DNA of 64,000 bases, from the NCBI RefSeq assembly GCF_037042905.1, contig NC_087252.1:22384001-22448000 (forward strand), written 5' to 3'. The translations under genes and the position numbers were made by a program. Origin of the DNA: Lytechinus pictus. Lineage: Eukaryota. The notes beneath the pieces were generated by a model, which was given only the letters and a program-made list of their open reading frames with translations, made no database searches and had not been told where the DNA came from. Below, piece after piece: positions 12,144-24,600 of this stretch (the stretch's first letter is position 1; every line of letters begins with the position of its first letter).

Positions 12144-13840
12144 AAGATATCAAGAAGTGAAATGAAACTCAATAAGCTAGTCACACTCAAATTGTGTCTA
12201 TAGACAGAGCACCTGAGCCGCTGTCAAGTACAACCATAAATTTTTTAAAAGATTTTGATCATCTACACTTACACATGGGCATAACTTGCACAAAATATAA
12301 AAAAAATCATTGATATTAATCGAGTCATATTCTTACTTTTTTTCATCAGCATCATAATTCAACAGTCCTTGACCACTGATCTCAGCTGAATCCAATAAAT
12401 GTGTTGCTTTTAGTTAGTACTCATCCAAATCAAATTCACCAATAAAGTTACAAACAAAAGACACCAAGTACACACTAAGGGGGTGTTGCGAGAAAATAGT
12501 TGCAATCAATCGCAAATATTCTGTTGCAATTTTACAATCGATTGATCACTTTTAACTATTGCAAATCAGCTCACACTCCTTGTTTCATGGAGCAGATAAG
12601 CGATCAATCGCAAATTTATTTCGGGAACGAAAATAGACTTGCAATTGATCGCAAGTTTCTTGCAACGCCCCATAAGACACAGTGTATTGAAGAGAACAAG
12701 AACATTACTAACCGTTTGCAATTGTTCAACATCAGACTAGCAATAGGCCGGCATGATATCATGTTATGGTTATCATAAAGTTATGGGATATCGATCATCT
12801 ACCCAGTAAAACGAAATGCACAATGATTGACTTATCAGATTGCAGGGATTTCGATAACCATTTCATAATAAATATAAATAAGGTATTATCCAGTCGCATT
12901 CGACCACATGATTTTTGGCTCCTTTATTACAAATGTAGCATCTATATTCCCTGAGTGTGCACCCTTATGACATACATAACTAGAAAAAAGCTACTGTATA
13001 TTGTTATTCCTACATTACGACTATGAGTAAAGTTCACACTAACAAAGGGATAATCCACCCTGACGAAGAGTTGGTTTAAATGAAAGCAGAAAAAAAAACA
13101 GTGACGTTTTTTATCGAAATCTATCACATAATAACATAACTATGAATTTATAAATTTTTGATTTTGTGACGACACAGACGAGCAGCTCCACCAAAAACTA
13201 TTTTCTCATAAAATTAAAAGTAATCTTATTTTTGTGGGGGATATATTATAGTATCAGACCATCCGACACATCGTTTCTTACCCCTTCTGTAAAAAAAAGA
13301 TGGTTTCATCCATCATATAATGTTACATTACAAATTTGGAATTTATGTCAAGTGATATAGATGTATAGGGGGCTGCTCACATATGACGGCACACATTTAA
13401 AACTATGTTATTCTTTGTTGGATTTTTAGCAAACCCTTGGCAATATTTTTCTCTAAGTTTGTTGCTTTTATTAAAACCAACTCATCGTCACTGTGAACTC
13501 CCATTTAACTCCATAGTGTGAACAAACTTCAATGCATGGATTGGCAGACTTTAAAAAAAATCAAGTTTTTGTGTCAAAAGAATTATAAAGAGATAGTACT
13601 TCTGTTCAGCCACATCTATTAGATTCGTGCACTTAAAAGTAAACAACAATATGTAGGCTCTATTCTTTCCAAATACATACAGAGAAATTCAATACACATA
13701 CATGACTTTGAGTACTGCACATCAAAGATTAATTTGAAAGACATTTACACATGATATCCAAAATCATTATAAACATTTAACAGCATTTTCTTTTATGACT
13801 TTTCCCAAATCTTTTTTTTAGCATTAAGCTTCTTTGTTTA

Positions 13841-14123
13841 TAATAATAACAATAATAATAATAGCTGTATTTATAAAGCGCCTGTTGCCTGAGGATACAA
13901 AGCGCTGCTATTATTACCCCGGCTTTAGCTCGAGCTACCATCATCGGCGCTCAGTGCATGCAAGGAATTAATCCTGCCGGGTACCCATTCAACTCACCTG
14001 GGTCGAGTGCAGCACAGTGAGGATAAATTTCTTGCTGAAGGAAAACACGCCATGGTTAGGATTCGAACCCACGACCCTCTGTTTGAAAGGCGAGAGTCAA
14101 AACCACTAGACCATGACGCGCCC
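13841..14123 (-). mobile_element. tRNA-derived SINE
   Basis: Minus strand: A-box (tggtctagtgg), B-box (ggttcgaatcc), conserved core (...cactcgacccaggtgagttgaatgggtacc...) and a (TTA)n tail. Confidence 0.85.
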
Positions 14124-16400
14124 ACATAATCATATTTCTGCATACTGCAGGATTGCCATAATTGATGTGTTACATTTTCTATCAATGCCTACTCATCATT
14201 GTTCAGTAATTATCATTTGCAGTGATTTGTATTAATACAACCCTTTTTAAAAATGGAATTGACTACTCTGACAATTTAATGCCAAACGGGGATCAAATTA
14301 AACGAAGGAAAAAAAAAACATGACAGATAAATAGAGTTGCTTGTAGTGTGAAGATTACAGAAAAAGTGCATCTTCAAATTAGTTTTGATAAAAGAGCAAA
14401 AAAAGTATTAAAAATTGATAAATTACTGAAAAATAGACAAATTAAGGACACTTTTCTTCTAATTCTCAATCAACTTCACCTTTAAAACAGAGATAGTTGG
14501 AAATTGCGACTGGCTCCATCATTTCAAAAATGTGATGTTTCATTTAGAAGTTGGTTAATAACATAACCATGCCAGCTTGAAAGTTGAAACTCCTAATCAA
14601 TTCAAATCCAATCAAAATATCAAGCAGTAGTTAATACTGTACATAGTTTTAGTGCAAAGTATTTTTCTGCCACAATCTAATTGATAATTCAACAACAAAC
14701 AACGTTCTGTATCGTAAAAAGCTTCTGTTTGGGCTTGTAGTTGACAATCAATATCAAAATCCTTGCATAATTTATGGAAAGCTTTACGAAATCCCTGAAT
14801 ACAAGTTTTCGATATATTTTCCTCATATTGAATTAGACTGCGTTTGAGATGAATCATATATCTCTGTACGCATCAAGAACAAGTCATGAATACTTTCATT
14901 ATTCTCCAATTTGTGCATATTTTCAGTAGTCGTGCTGCACATTGTTATTTTGTTACATTTTCTCTTGCAGCTGCACTACATGTAGCTCCTGTGAACAATG
15001 TTCATATAATGTAAACATAAACTGTTAGAAACAGAGGCTGCATATATAAGGGCTGGGGTCTAAGGAAGCCAGTATTCAATACGTTAATACCAAACCTCAA
15101 TTTTTTTATAAGGACTCAAACACCTGGGGAGCGTTTCATGAAATGACTTGTCAGACGTTTTATCCGACAACTCCCATTTTATCTGACAGTTACCATAGTA
15201 ACAGTGCTTCTCAGCCAATCAAAATCCAGAAAAGTTGTCAGATCTGACAACTTGTCAGACAAAAATGTTGATGAAACGCCCCCTGATAAACTCAATAATG
15301 GTTCCCTGATCGTTAAAAACTAAAGTAGTTTTAGAAAAGTTGCTACAGACAAGATACACTGTAGCTGCAAGATCAATGTTGGGTCCTCCACTTTAAAAGT
15401 TCATCACGGGCATTTACCTTAACTGTCAAGTTCATTGCACTTTTGACCTTATTACATCTAAATAAATCCAAGCTATCTTGGATTAGGGTCTATGAAAATG
15501 TGTATCACAACATAATCACATCATTTTCAAATGGGTTTGCATACAGAAATATACATGTGTGCCCTACTGTATCATAACCAAGTACATAATAAGGTATCAT
15601 AATCAAATATTTGAAATTTAGTACTGCAATGTTTAGTAATGACTTTCACCTGCAGATTTCAACTTTAAGAGGAACATCACCCTGACAATAGAGGTATTTT
15701 GATAAAAGCAACAAAAAATAATTTACAAAAATAATAATATTGGATTATTGGTGAATTCTTGATAAAAAGAATTTAACAATACAAAAGTTATGCCTTATTT
15801 TAAGTTTTGAATTCGTGATCTCACATGAGAATAGCTGCTCCATATTGTGAGTAATATCATTTCCCTGAATTTCCACTTTGAAACTGTTAACGATAACTGA
15901 AAGTAATTTTCTTATGGAGTCTATTCTAGCATGACATGATGAATGCAGAAGTAAAATTATTCTTAATTTTAAGAGCCAAACCACATGTTCATATCAAGGT
16001 GGAGTTGGTCGCATGTGAAATCATAAAATCTTCACCAATATGTTCCTTCACTTATCGTCAGGGTGAACTTCCCATTTAGACTTGTGTTCATTGCAACTAA
16101 CAATCATGACCTGGGGTGTTTCACAAAGATTTAAGTATGATTTAGAGTCGCACTTAAATACCGAGTTGCGTACGATATGAAAGGCTTGACCGCATTGGTC
16201 AGATCGTGTCATGAGGATGCGCACATAGTCATATGCGTATCTATCAATAAAATCTTGCGTTGCATATCATGTATGAGTCTGCATTTAAGTACAACTAAAG
16301 TCATACTTAAATCTTTGTGAAACACCCCCCTGGTATCTAAAATGATTTGACAACAAAATACAACATAGAACACACACATCAACATACTGTACATGTAAAA

Positions 16401-17000
16401 AAGGAGAATGAAACCCTTGAAACCAGCTGAATCCATATCAAAGAGAAAAATCAAAGAAACATATTGTTGAAAGTTTGAGAAATATTGAATGAATAATAAG
16501 AAAGTTATGAGCATTTGAATGTCGAGATCACTAATGCCATGTACATGTAGATCCTCCAATTGGCAATGCGACCAAGATCTGTGATGTCACACACGTACAT
16601 TCGTACAACTCCCTCATTACTTTAGTACTTATTTCACTTATATTCTCACTTTTATACAGTCTATCACAAGGTGAGGTGTTCTCTTTATGAGAGGACAAGT
16701 ACAGAGGTTTCACACCATTATATCATTGATGAATCGTTTGTCATATGATTAGAATGAGCAAAAAGAGATGGTTTGGGGTATATTTTCAGTGTCCAAAAGG
16801 GGAGAGTTGTTCATCTGTGACATCGTAGATCTTGGTCGCATTGCCAATAGGAGGATCTACATAGCATTAGTGATCTCGACATTCAAATGTTCATAACTCT
16901 TCTATTGCTAGTCCTATTTTACTCAAACTTTTGTTGATATTATTCTTTGATTGTTCTGCTTTCACAAAAGCTAACTTGCTCCAAGAGTTTCATTCTCCTT
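16401..17000. mobile_element. Non-autonomous DNA transposon with long imperfect TIRs (aaggagaatgaaac...gtttcattctcctt)
   Basis: Inverted arms of about 180 bp. A near-identical second copy lies at about 35563-36087; the ORF track repeats MKPLYLSSHKENTSP in both. Confidence 0.8.
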
Positions 17001-17334
17001 CAACATAACAATCTACTGGTCATTCAGTAATATACATGTATAAATAACAGTCAAACTGTCAAGCTCCAAAGATAAAATTCTGATTTTGTATAGTTTGAAT
17101 TAGATTCAAATAAATATTCTGAGAAGTATACAATTTCCTTTGGAATTCAAATTTTTGTGACATTGATAAATAATTAATACTAATTTGTCAGACCCTTTGT
17201 GATGTTGGACTCATTCAAAACAAAGATTATCAAAATCACTGTCGCCTGCTTGCTTGGGTGACCTCCATATCAAACAAAGTTTAATAACAGAGTACAGCAT
17301 TAATAGACATGCATGTCAACTCAACCCAAGACAA

Positions 17335-17705
17335 GTCAAGTCAAGGCATTTAATAGTACCTATGGCAAATCAATAAATTTAAAATTCTCAATAAATAATT
17401 ACATTCAACATGCTTTGCATTTTTATACTTATTACCCAGTAATCGGATCCTGGCATGCCCGCACACAATGTATGCACATTCTCCACTCCCTTTGGAGCAT
17501 TAACAAGAGTTTCAAGACTCAAATGCTAGGTATACTGCATAAGTTTGTGTATCCTACAGTATAGGTACCCATTTATCACCTGGGTGGAGAGTGCTACAGT
17601 GTCGATTGACGCCTTGTCAAAAGATGCTATGCCGAAGTGGGATTCAAACACACGACCCTCTGATTGCAAGGCGAGAGTCAGAACCGCTGTACCACGACAC
17701 TTCCA
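17335..17705 (-). mobile_element. tRNA-derived SINE
   Basis: tRNA-like head at 17705-17630 and the same core (...acccaggtgataaatgggtacc) as 13841-14123. Confidence 0.75.
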
Positions 17706-20700
17706 CGCTTTAATCGTGGCTAATAACAATTAAATAGGTAGACATGGTAGATATGTGATGTTATCAAAAGCACTGAAAGTGAGGTGCCAACATCTCTTAA
17801 ATTACACAGTACATTAACAAAGTACATACACCAAAGTAACACTTGGCACTTCATGACTACATTAACACCAGAATAGACCAGACCAACACCTTCTAAAACA
17901 CACCAATGACATAGATGTGACACTGTAGATATTCAAGGACTTCACTTCAAACAAATAAACAGCTTCTACATTAGAGACTCATTATACTTTTTTTTAAGGC
18001 ACCCTTCCCCCTTCCAACAAAATAAAGCAAGTGAACAAATAGTTGGGGAAAAAATCATGTAAAAAAATATAAGTAGATCAACAATAATTTTTTTTTCCAA
18101 GTATACACATGTACATGTACAAAATCAAATACTTGGAGCAGAACTATCTTTCAATACTTCCATAAAAATATAGAATATTATGTCCCCTCCTCTAGTACAA
18201 AGTTGGAAAGAAAATTAATTCGCAGATGACTGGTTTAATCAACTACCCCATTTCCATGTATGATTACTGAATATGAGTATAACATGGTGAAATAGATTCT
18301 AATCAAATGATTGGTTGAAATCTATCAGTCATTTATTTCACCTAACAGTCAAAGTGGCAATTGATTGGTACAAAGAGGCTTTCACAATTGCTCGTACAAT
18401 CGTTAGCGATCATTTGGTCACAAAACAAGCTGCACAGAATCGCGACGGTTGTAAGCAGTCGCACTGCCAATTGTGAAAAAGGGCTTTAATAACTAGTGCT
18501 ATTAAACAGTATTGGTTATTATACAGGGATGTTTTATCAAATAATAATGATCTGCATCACTTTCTTATCATATGCATCATTTTGCTTGGGCAATAGAATA
18601 ATTACACACACACTTGTTCCCTCTAAAACGATCCAAATACCCTCAGCCATGCCTCGGGCAAGTTAGAACCGTTCCAAAGGTACCTTGGGCATGTAATACT
18701 TACTAATGCCCTTGATGATGTATATAGACTTTATACGTTGACATCATCGTGCCGCCATCCCATCTTAGCGGTCAGTGCCATTGCCTTGTGTGCATTGGTG
18801 ATCTGCAGCTGGCATATCGCTGACAACTATGTTAATTATTTGCATATTCTTGAACATTTAACCTTTGGATCATTTTATATAAATACAAAAAATGATACAG
18901 AGAACAAGATACATAAATTAATTGTATTATAAATCATTCCAAGTATCATGTAAAGGAAGGTATTTGATTTAAGAAAAAAATAAAGTCACTGATAATTTTG
19001 GGTATTTGACATAAAAAAGCACCAAAACTTTAATGAAAATTTAAATCTACATGGGAACTCTATTCACTCATAAGGAAGTATCAAAATCTGATATTAAGGT
19101 GTGAAGTCTGAATCTAAGGTGTCTACATGTATGTGTGTTGCAAGAATCTTGCAATCAATCGCAAATCTATTTAGGGTCCTAAAATTGTCATAATTTATTT
19201 CCATTGGAAATTCATAATTGCTGAGCTGCTGCAAACAAAGAAAAGAAAATGATTTGCTGCAGCTGATATTGAATTAGTAAAATTACAACAAAAAATGCAA
19301 TTGATTGCAAATATTTCTTACAAGTCTGATTAGAGTGAACTTACAATCAATCATAAGCAATCTTAATTTAAAGACCGACCTTAAGTCTTGGTTTTAATTG
19401 CAAGGTTAATATTAATATAAATCAAAAGTCCTGAATTAATTTCAAGTCAAATCTAGTTTCAAAATTAATCCTAAGACTTGCAAATAATTACAGTCCATGC
19501 CATATTTATTAACAAAATTAACAATACATCTATTCTTGCTATAGATCACATGGTTTTTGAAAGCGTGTCCTGAATCATTTGGCGAGTGGGATCATTATTT
19601 TTTTTTTTTTCATTTCTACCAAACCTCCAATTCTTGCTCATCACCCTGTTACTATAAAATAAATGTAGATAAAACTATTTTTTGGTTTGTATATCTACTT
19701 CAATCTTCAATACTTTTATATATAAATAAATTCATAACCTGTTCTCTGCATTAAATTGCCCTTACGGGGGTATTTCCAGTTCTCTATAAAGAAAACCAAC
19801 CCTGCAAAAATACTCTCCTCTGAGCTAAAAAGGCAGCTCATTAAAAAAAAATCGTAATTTACAAAAATCAACAATTTTGAAAATAGGTTCACACATTTCA
19901 GTTAATTAATGTTCAATGAATAAATTACGGCCTTCCTAGGCAGTGATTTTCATTGCAACCAGGCTACAAAATACAAGTATTAAAGCACTATTTGTAACAT
20001 TTCTCATTCGTTACAGAGGTAGGTACATTATACCTACATGTAGTTAATTATAAACGAAGATACATTTTGGAAATGATGGTTGAACGTATCACAATACGAA
20101 TTCATCTGTGACACAGTAATTTTTTTGTCATTTCCATTGATTTTAATCAAAACATTTTGAATTGACAGAAGAAATGGATATATTAGATTTTATGACAAAA
20201 CTTCTTCATTTGAATTTGAACAGTCCAAAATCTTATACTCTTTAACACGCACCTTTCTCTCTGCCGCTGGCAGACCATATGCTTTGATGGTGGTTGCCAG
20301 CACATACGTTAATATATTACGTATTATCATCAATGTTTTTTAAACATCCTGATGATATGAGCTTTTTTACCCTCTTCCAGAGCAATTGCTCTGTCAGAGC
20401 ATGCTGTCTGGGATTAGTCAACATAGAATAGATTTTTGGGGGCAAAATCAATGAAGGATTTTGCCCCAATATTAATTTACCACAATATTAATCAATATTC
20501 AAGTTGGAGAACGAGATGGCACTTTGTGGGGGTGGGGGGGGTTTCAACACAATTATTTTCATTGGCAATGACATTGTCATACTCATCATGATTGCCGCGT
20601 AGTCTGCAAGCTCAGACTCCTATTTGACAACTTAACCAATCATACCATGTCTAGAGTGAAGACTAGACGCCAAACTCTCTGGGTCATATTCTGAACTCAG

Positions 20701-21521
20701 GTTTAAATTAAACACAGGTTTAATGTTGTGTTTAACTATGGAGAGCCAATTGGAGCACAAAGCCCTAACAGTACACATTCAATTTATTAACTCATATGAC
20801 ACCCAAATTGTTCATAATTGTCTGGGAATAATAACTGAAGTATTTTTCTTCCTTATGAAATTCAATTCAATTCAAGTTTATTTTGCTCTCTGCATAAAAA
20901 TGAACACAAATGTGGTAAAATACATAGGAACAAAGTTTACATAACATCAAAGACATAAAAAAGCATTGAGAGGGAAGCAGCCAAAAAGGAAAAGAATATC
21001 CTTATAAAAAGGCCGATCCAAAATCAAAAGGAAACAAAATTGTAAACATAAGAAATATACAATATGAACAGAATTTTTGAACTTTTGGCTCCCCATAATT
21101 TTAGCACAGAGTTCGACCGCAGTCTAAGTTAAACCTGACTTCAGAATACGGGCCTCTGTCTGTGTAGGCAGGCACAGTACATAGTGAATCTAGTCTCACT
21201 ACCTCAGACTCTGCACTATGCAAATTGCCAAAGTGCCTGCAGATTCATTGCCACGGACCTAAACATTGTCATTTAAATGATTTCTGATATTACACAATAA
21301 TGCACTGATTATGGCAATCATTCTATGCGATCATAAATAAATTCAATCAGATCGTACATAGATCATAATAGATATGTAAAAAATGCTTTACAAAAATAAC
21401 AATCTGTATTAGAGCAGCGATGATCAAACATTGCAAAATTATAGAAGGCTTTATCCTCCATGATCTCTTCAAATTATTCCTTGACACCATCTTTTATCGT
21501 CAGTCTACCTTTCACTCCATC

Positions 21522-21637
21522 TTAATCTCCTCTCTGTTCTTCTGTCTTCTCCTGTCTTTCGTTCTCTCTATCCTGAGTCTCCTTTTGGGGCTGGGACTTC
21601 CTTCGCTTCAATCGCAAGCTTCTCCTTATCAGCGAAC
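21522..21637 (-). CDS. PAF-AH coding exon 10 (GSLIRRSLRLKRRKSQ...EQRGD*)
   Basis: Acceptor ttatctcag|; phase 1 matches exon 9; TAA at 21522-21524. Confidence 0.75.
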
Positions 21638-24600
21638 CTGAGATAATATGAAAAATAGAATATTCATGTTCTTATAGCATCATGCTATTTTGTAATGATT
21701 CGACGTGCGAAAAACATTATTCTATGGATGAATGCATTAAGTTCAGGTGAGCATTTTAAATTTGATATACATTTCTTACACTCTTTTGTAAGCTTTGTTC
21801 ATTTTGTCAGAAAATGAAATTTCAACTATGACTGTGATTGCAACTCATGTACCAAAGACAATGAGGCAACAGTGGTCAGACATTCGTTTGTCAATAACCA
21901 TTTTCCAAAATGGTAAATACTAATTGAAATATGAAGAATGTACGTGTATATCAACTGAAAGGATAGTAGCTAATTTCTAAGAAAAAATATGGGAGTTATG
22001 ATCACTGTTTCTGTTCCTGTTTATGATAACTCCTATAGGACAGGACAGCTTTTATGCTCACCTGGTAAACGCCAAGCTGGTACATGACCAATTACCTAGG
22101 AAACATTTTACGTCTAGTTTAATCAGTCATAGTGGCTGACGTTACTGAAACATTGCAAGTTACACTTCATTGATGAAAGGAAGGTCCGACAATATGCACT
22201 ACAGCACTGAAAGCATGACTGATCACAATTTGCAACTAGGTTAAAAAACAACGGCTAGTCTGCTCTCTTTCATGTGTTATACAATTCATTTGCTTTTATG
22301 ATAGCCAGGTTGGAAGTTGTTTACTTTTTACCATATTGTTAATGCAAAGTGTGCAAATCATCTGTGTAAACTCTGACAATAATAAACATTTTCAAAATAG
22401 CCCTTAATACATCAGAAGGACATCTCTAAGTATTTAACAGATATATCAATAACCCATCAGATTCTAAATCCACAAGGACCATTCCAACAAGAGTTTTTAT
22501 TCTAAATTGCTAGGCAAACTACATTAGGCATTTGCATTTGCATACTCATTAAACACCAGGGTGGAGAGTGGAAAAGTGTGGAATGATGCCTTGCTTAAGG
22601 ACGCTAGGCCAGGGTGGGATTTGAACACACAACCCTCTCATTACAAGTCAAGAGTGAGACCCACTACACCAGGGGCCCGTCCTACAAAGAGTTGCGATTG
22701 ATCCGATCAACCTCAACTATATGGAAATCCATCAATGTCATAATTTTTTCTGCAGGAAATTTGCACAATGTCCTTTGTAAACAAAGAGAAGCACACTAAA
22801 TTGTCAAGGCATCGATGGCTGCATGAGCATACATCATATCTAGAAAACATTTAAAAACAAACATGCATTTAAGATGTTGACGTTACTGGCTTGCGGTCCA
22901 TCGCAACTCTCTGTAAGAGACAGGGACCCTGTTCATGCTTACCTCGTCTCTCACCATTCTCCTTCCTAGGCTCGATCTCCTCATCTTCTTTGAGATTGAC
23001 GTTGGTACCGATCAAGATGAGATCATCATTGGAAGACACTAAACCATCAGTCTCATCAATAAACTGAAGATCTACAAGATTAATATATAAATAATAATGA
23101 TAATAACGATCTCCTCATCTTCCTTGAGATTGACGTGGGTACCGATCAAGATGAGATCATCACTGGAAGACACTGAACCATCAGTCTCACCAATAAACTG
23201 AAGATCTACAAGATTAATATATAAATAATAATGATAATAATGATCTCCTCGTCTTCCTTGAGATTGACGTTGGTACCGATCAAGATGAGATCATCACTGG
23301 AAGACACTAAGCCATCAGTCTCATCAATAAACTGAAGATCTACAAGATTAATATATAAATAATAATGATGATAACGATCTCCTCATCTTCCTTGAGATTG
23401 ACGTTGGTACCGATCAAGATGAGATCATCACTGGAAGACACTAAACCATCAGTCTCATCAATAAACTGAAGATCTACACGATTTAACAAAATAATTTATA
23501 GACACTAAACCAATAGCCACAAATTTTCTAAAAGCTGGTATATTCTATAGTGATGGCGTCACAAAACACTCATTTCAGCATTTTTTTTACCATACCACAA
23601 ACTACCAGAAATACCAGAAAATACACACTACCAAAATTTGATAGGACTAGGTCCACGGGGGCCAAAGGTATGACCTCATAAATACAAAATTAGCCAAATT
23701 GAAATCAACGTTTCATTGGCCTGGTTCATAACATTTAGAACAAGGTCAATAATAATACATTGATTTCAACAGGGCTAATTCCAATGTGGTATTAGACTAA
23801 ATGGATTAAGCCCATGTTGCATAAGCTGACAAAGTTAAGTGCTCGTAGAATTCAAACCGATACATTGGCAAAGCATACTATTGTCACATGCATACATACC
23901 AAGGTAATTAGATAGGAAGCGGATGGCGGCATCATTGTTGGTTGCCATGGCCATGTAAGGGTCAAGAGGTCCTCTAGAGCTGGCTAGTTTAGCGAGGAAT
24001 TGAGGCACAACGAGGCTGAAATCGGATTGGCTTTGGTGGACAGTTCCACTGAAAAGACAGAAAGAACAGATGGTATTTTAATAAACATAGTATTAAACAA
24101 TAATGATTTCAAATCTTTGTAAAAAAAAGGGTACACCATTATTTACAGGCTTTGCTTGCTGTTTATTTCCTTTTTTCCTCATCAATGAATTTTAGCAATT
24201 ACCGGTATGCATTTTTATCTTGTATATTCATTATGTATGATTAAAAGATTTAGAAAATAAAATCATTGGAATTGAATTGGAAAAAAAAACGAGTTTGTAG
24301 GGAATCCAATGAAATAACCACCAAGTGACCCTTTGCATGAATAAGAAATATGTGCCTACGGATTTTGGAAGAAATTGTATAATTGGTGAGAAATACAAAC
24401 GTGATATTTCCCCAAATTGTTGGGTCTTTACTCAAGCAATACTGTCATTTTAATACAACTTATTTTTCATCTATGGAGCAGGGAATGTAGTCGAGGCTGG
24501 TGCTTCTGCGTCGCAAGGCTGTGGAAGAAAAACCTACCATAGACTTTGTATGTTAGACGGCCCAAGGCCAAGGTTGGCGAAATGGGGCCCCGAAGCTGGT

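Noticed and set aside
13994..14123. tRNA-like sequences here and at about 17630-17705, 49018-49095, 54853 and 55530-55603
   Set aside because: Each continues into a SINE body and tail without a proper acceptor stem, so these are SINE heads and not tRNA genes.
14520..14960. Possible degraded coding or LINE sequence (81-aa ORF)
   Set aside because: No motif I can identify and no convincing splice sites.
11160..21521. Possible very long PAF-AH 3'UTR or an unseen gene
   Set aside because: No exon chain found and the poly(A) site cannot be located from sequence alone; the region is mostly AT-rich DNA and TE fragments.
23072..23375. 36-nt GT...AG segments between the repeat units as micro-introns that would give tandem exons
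   Set aside because: Too short, donor context is poor, one copy lacks GT, and 98-nt exons would shift the frame.
22973..23478. CRISPR-like regular repeat
   Set aside because: Units are identical along their whole length with no unique spacers; the context is eukaryotic and there are no cas genes.
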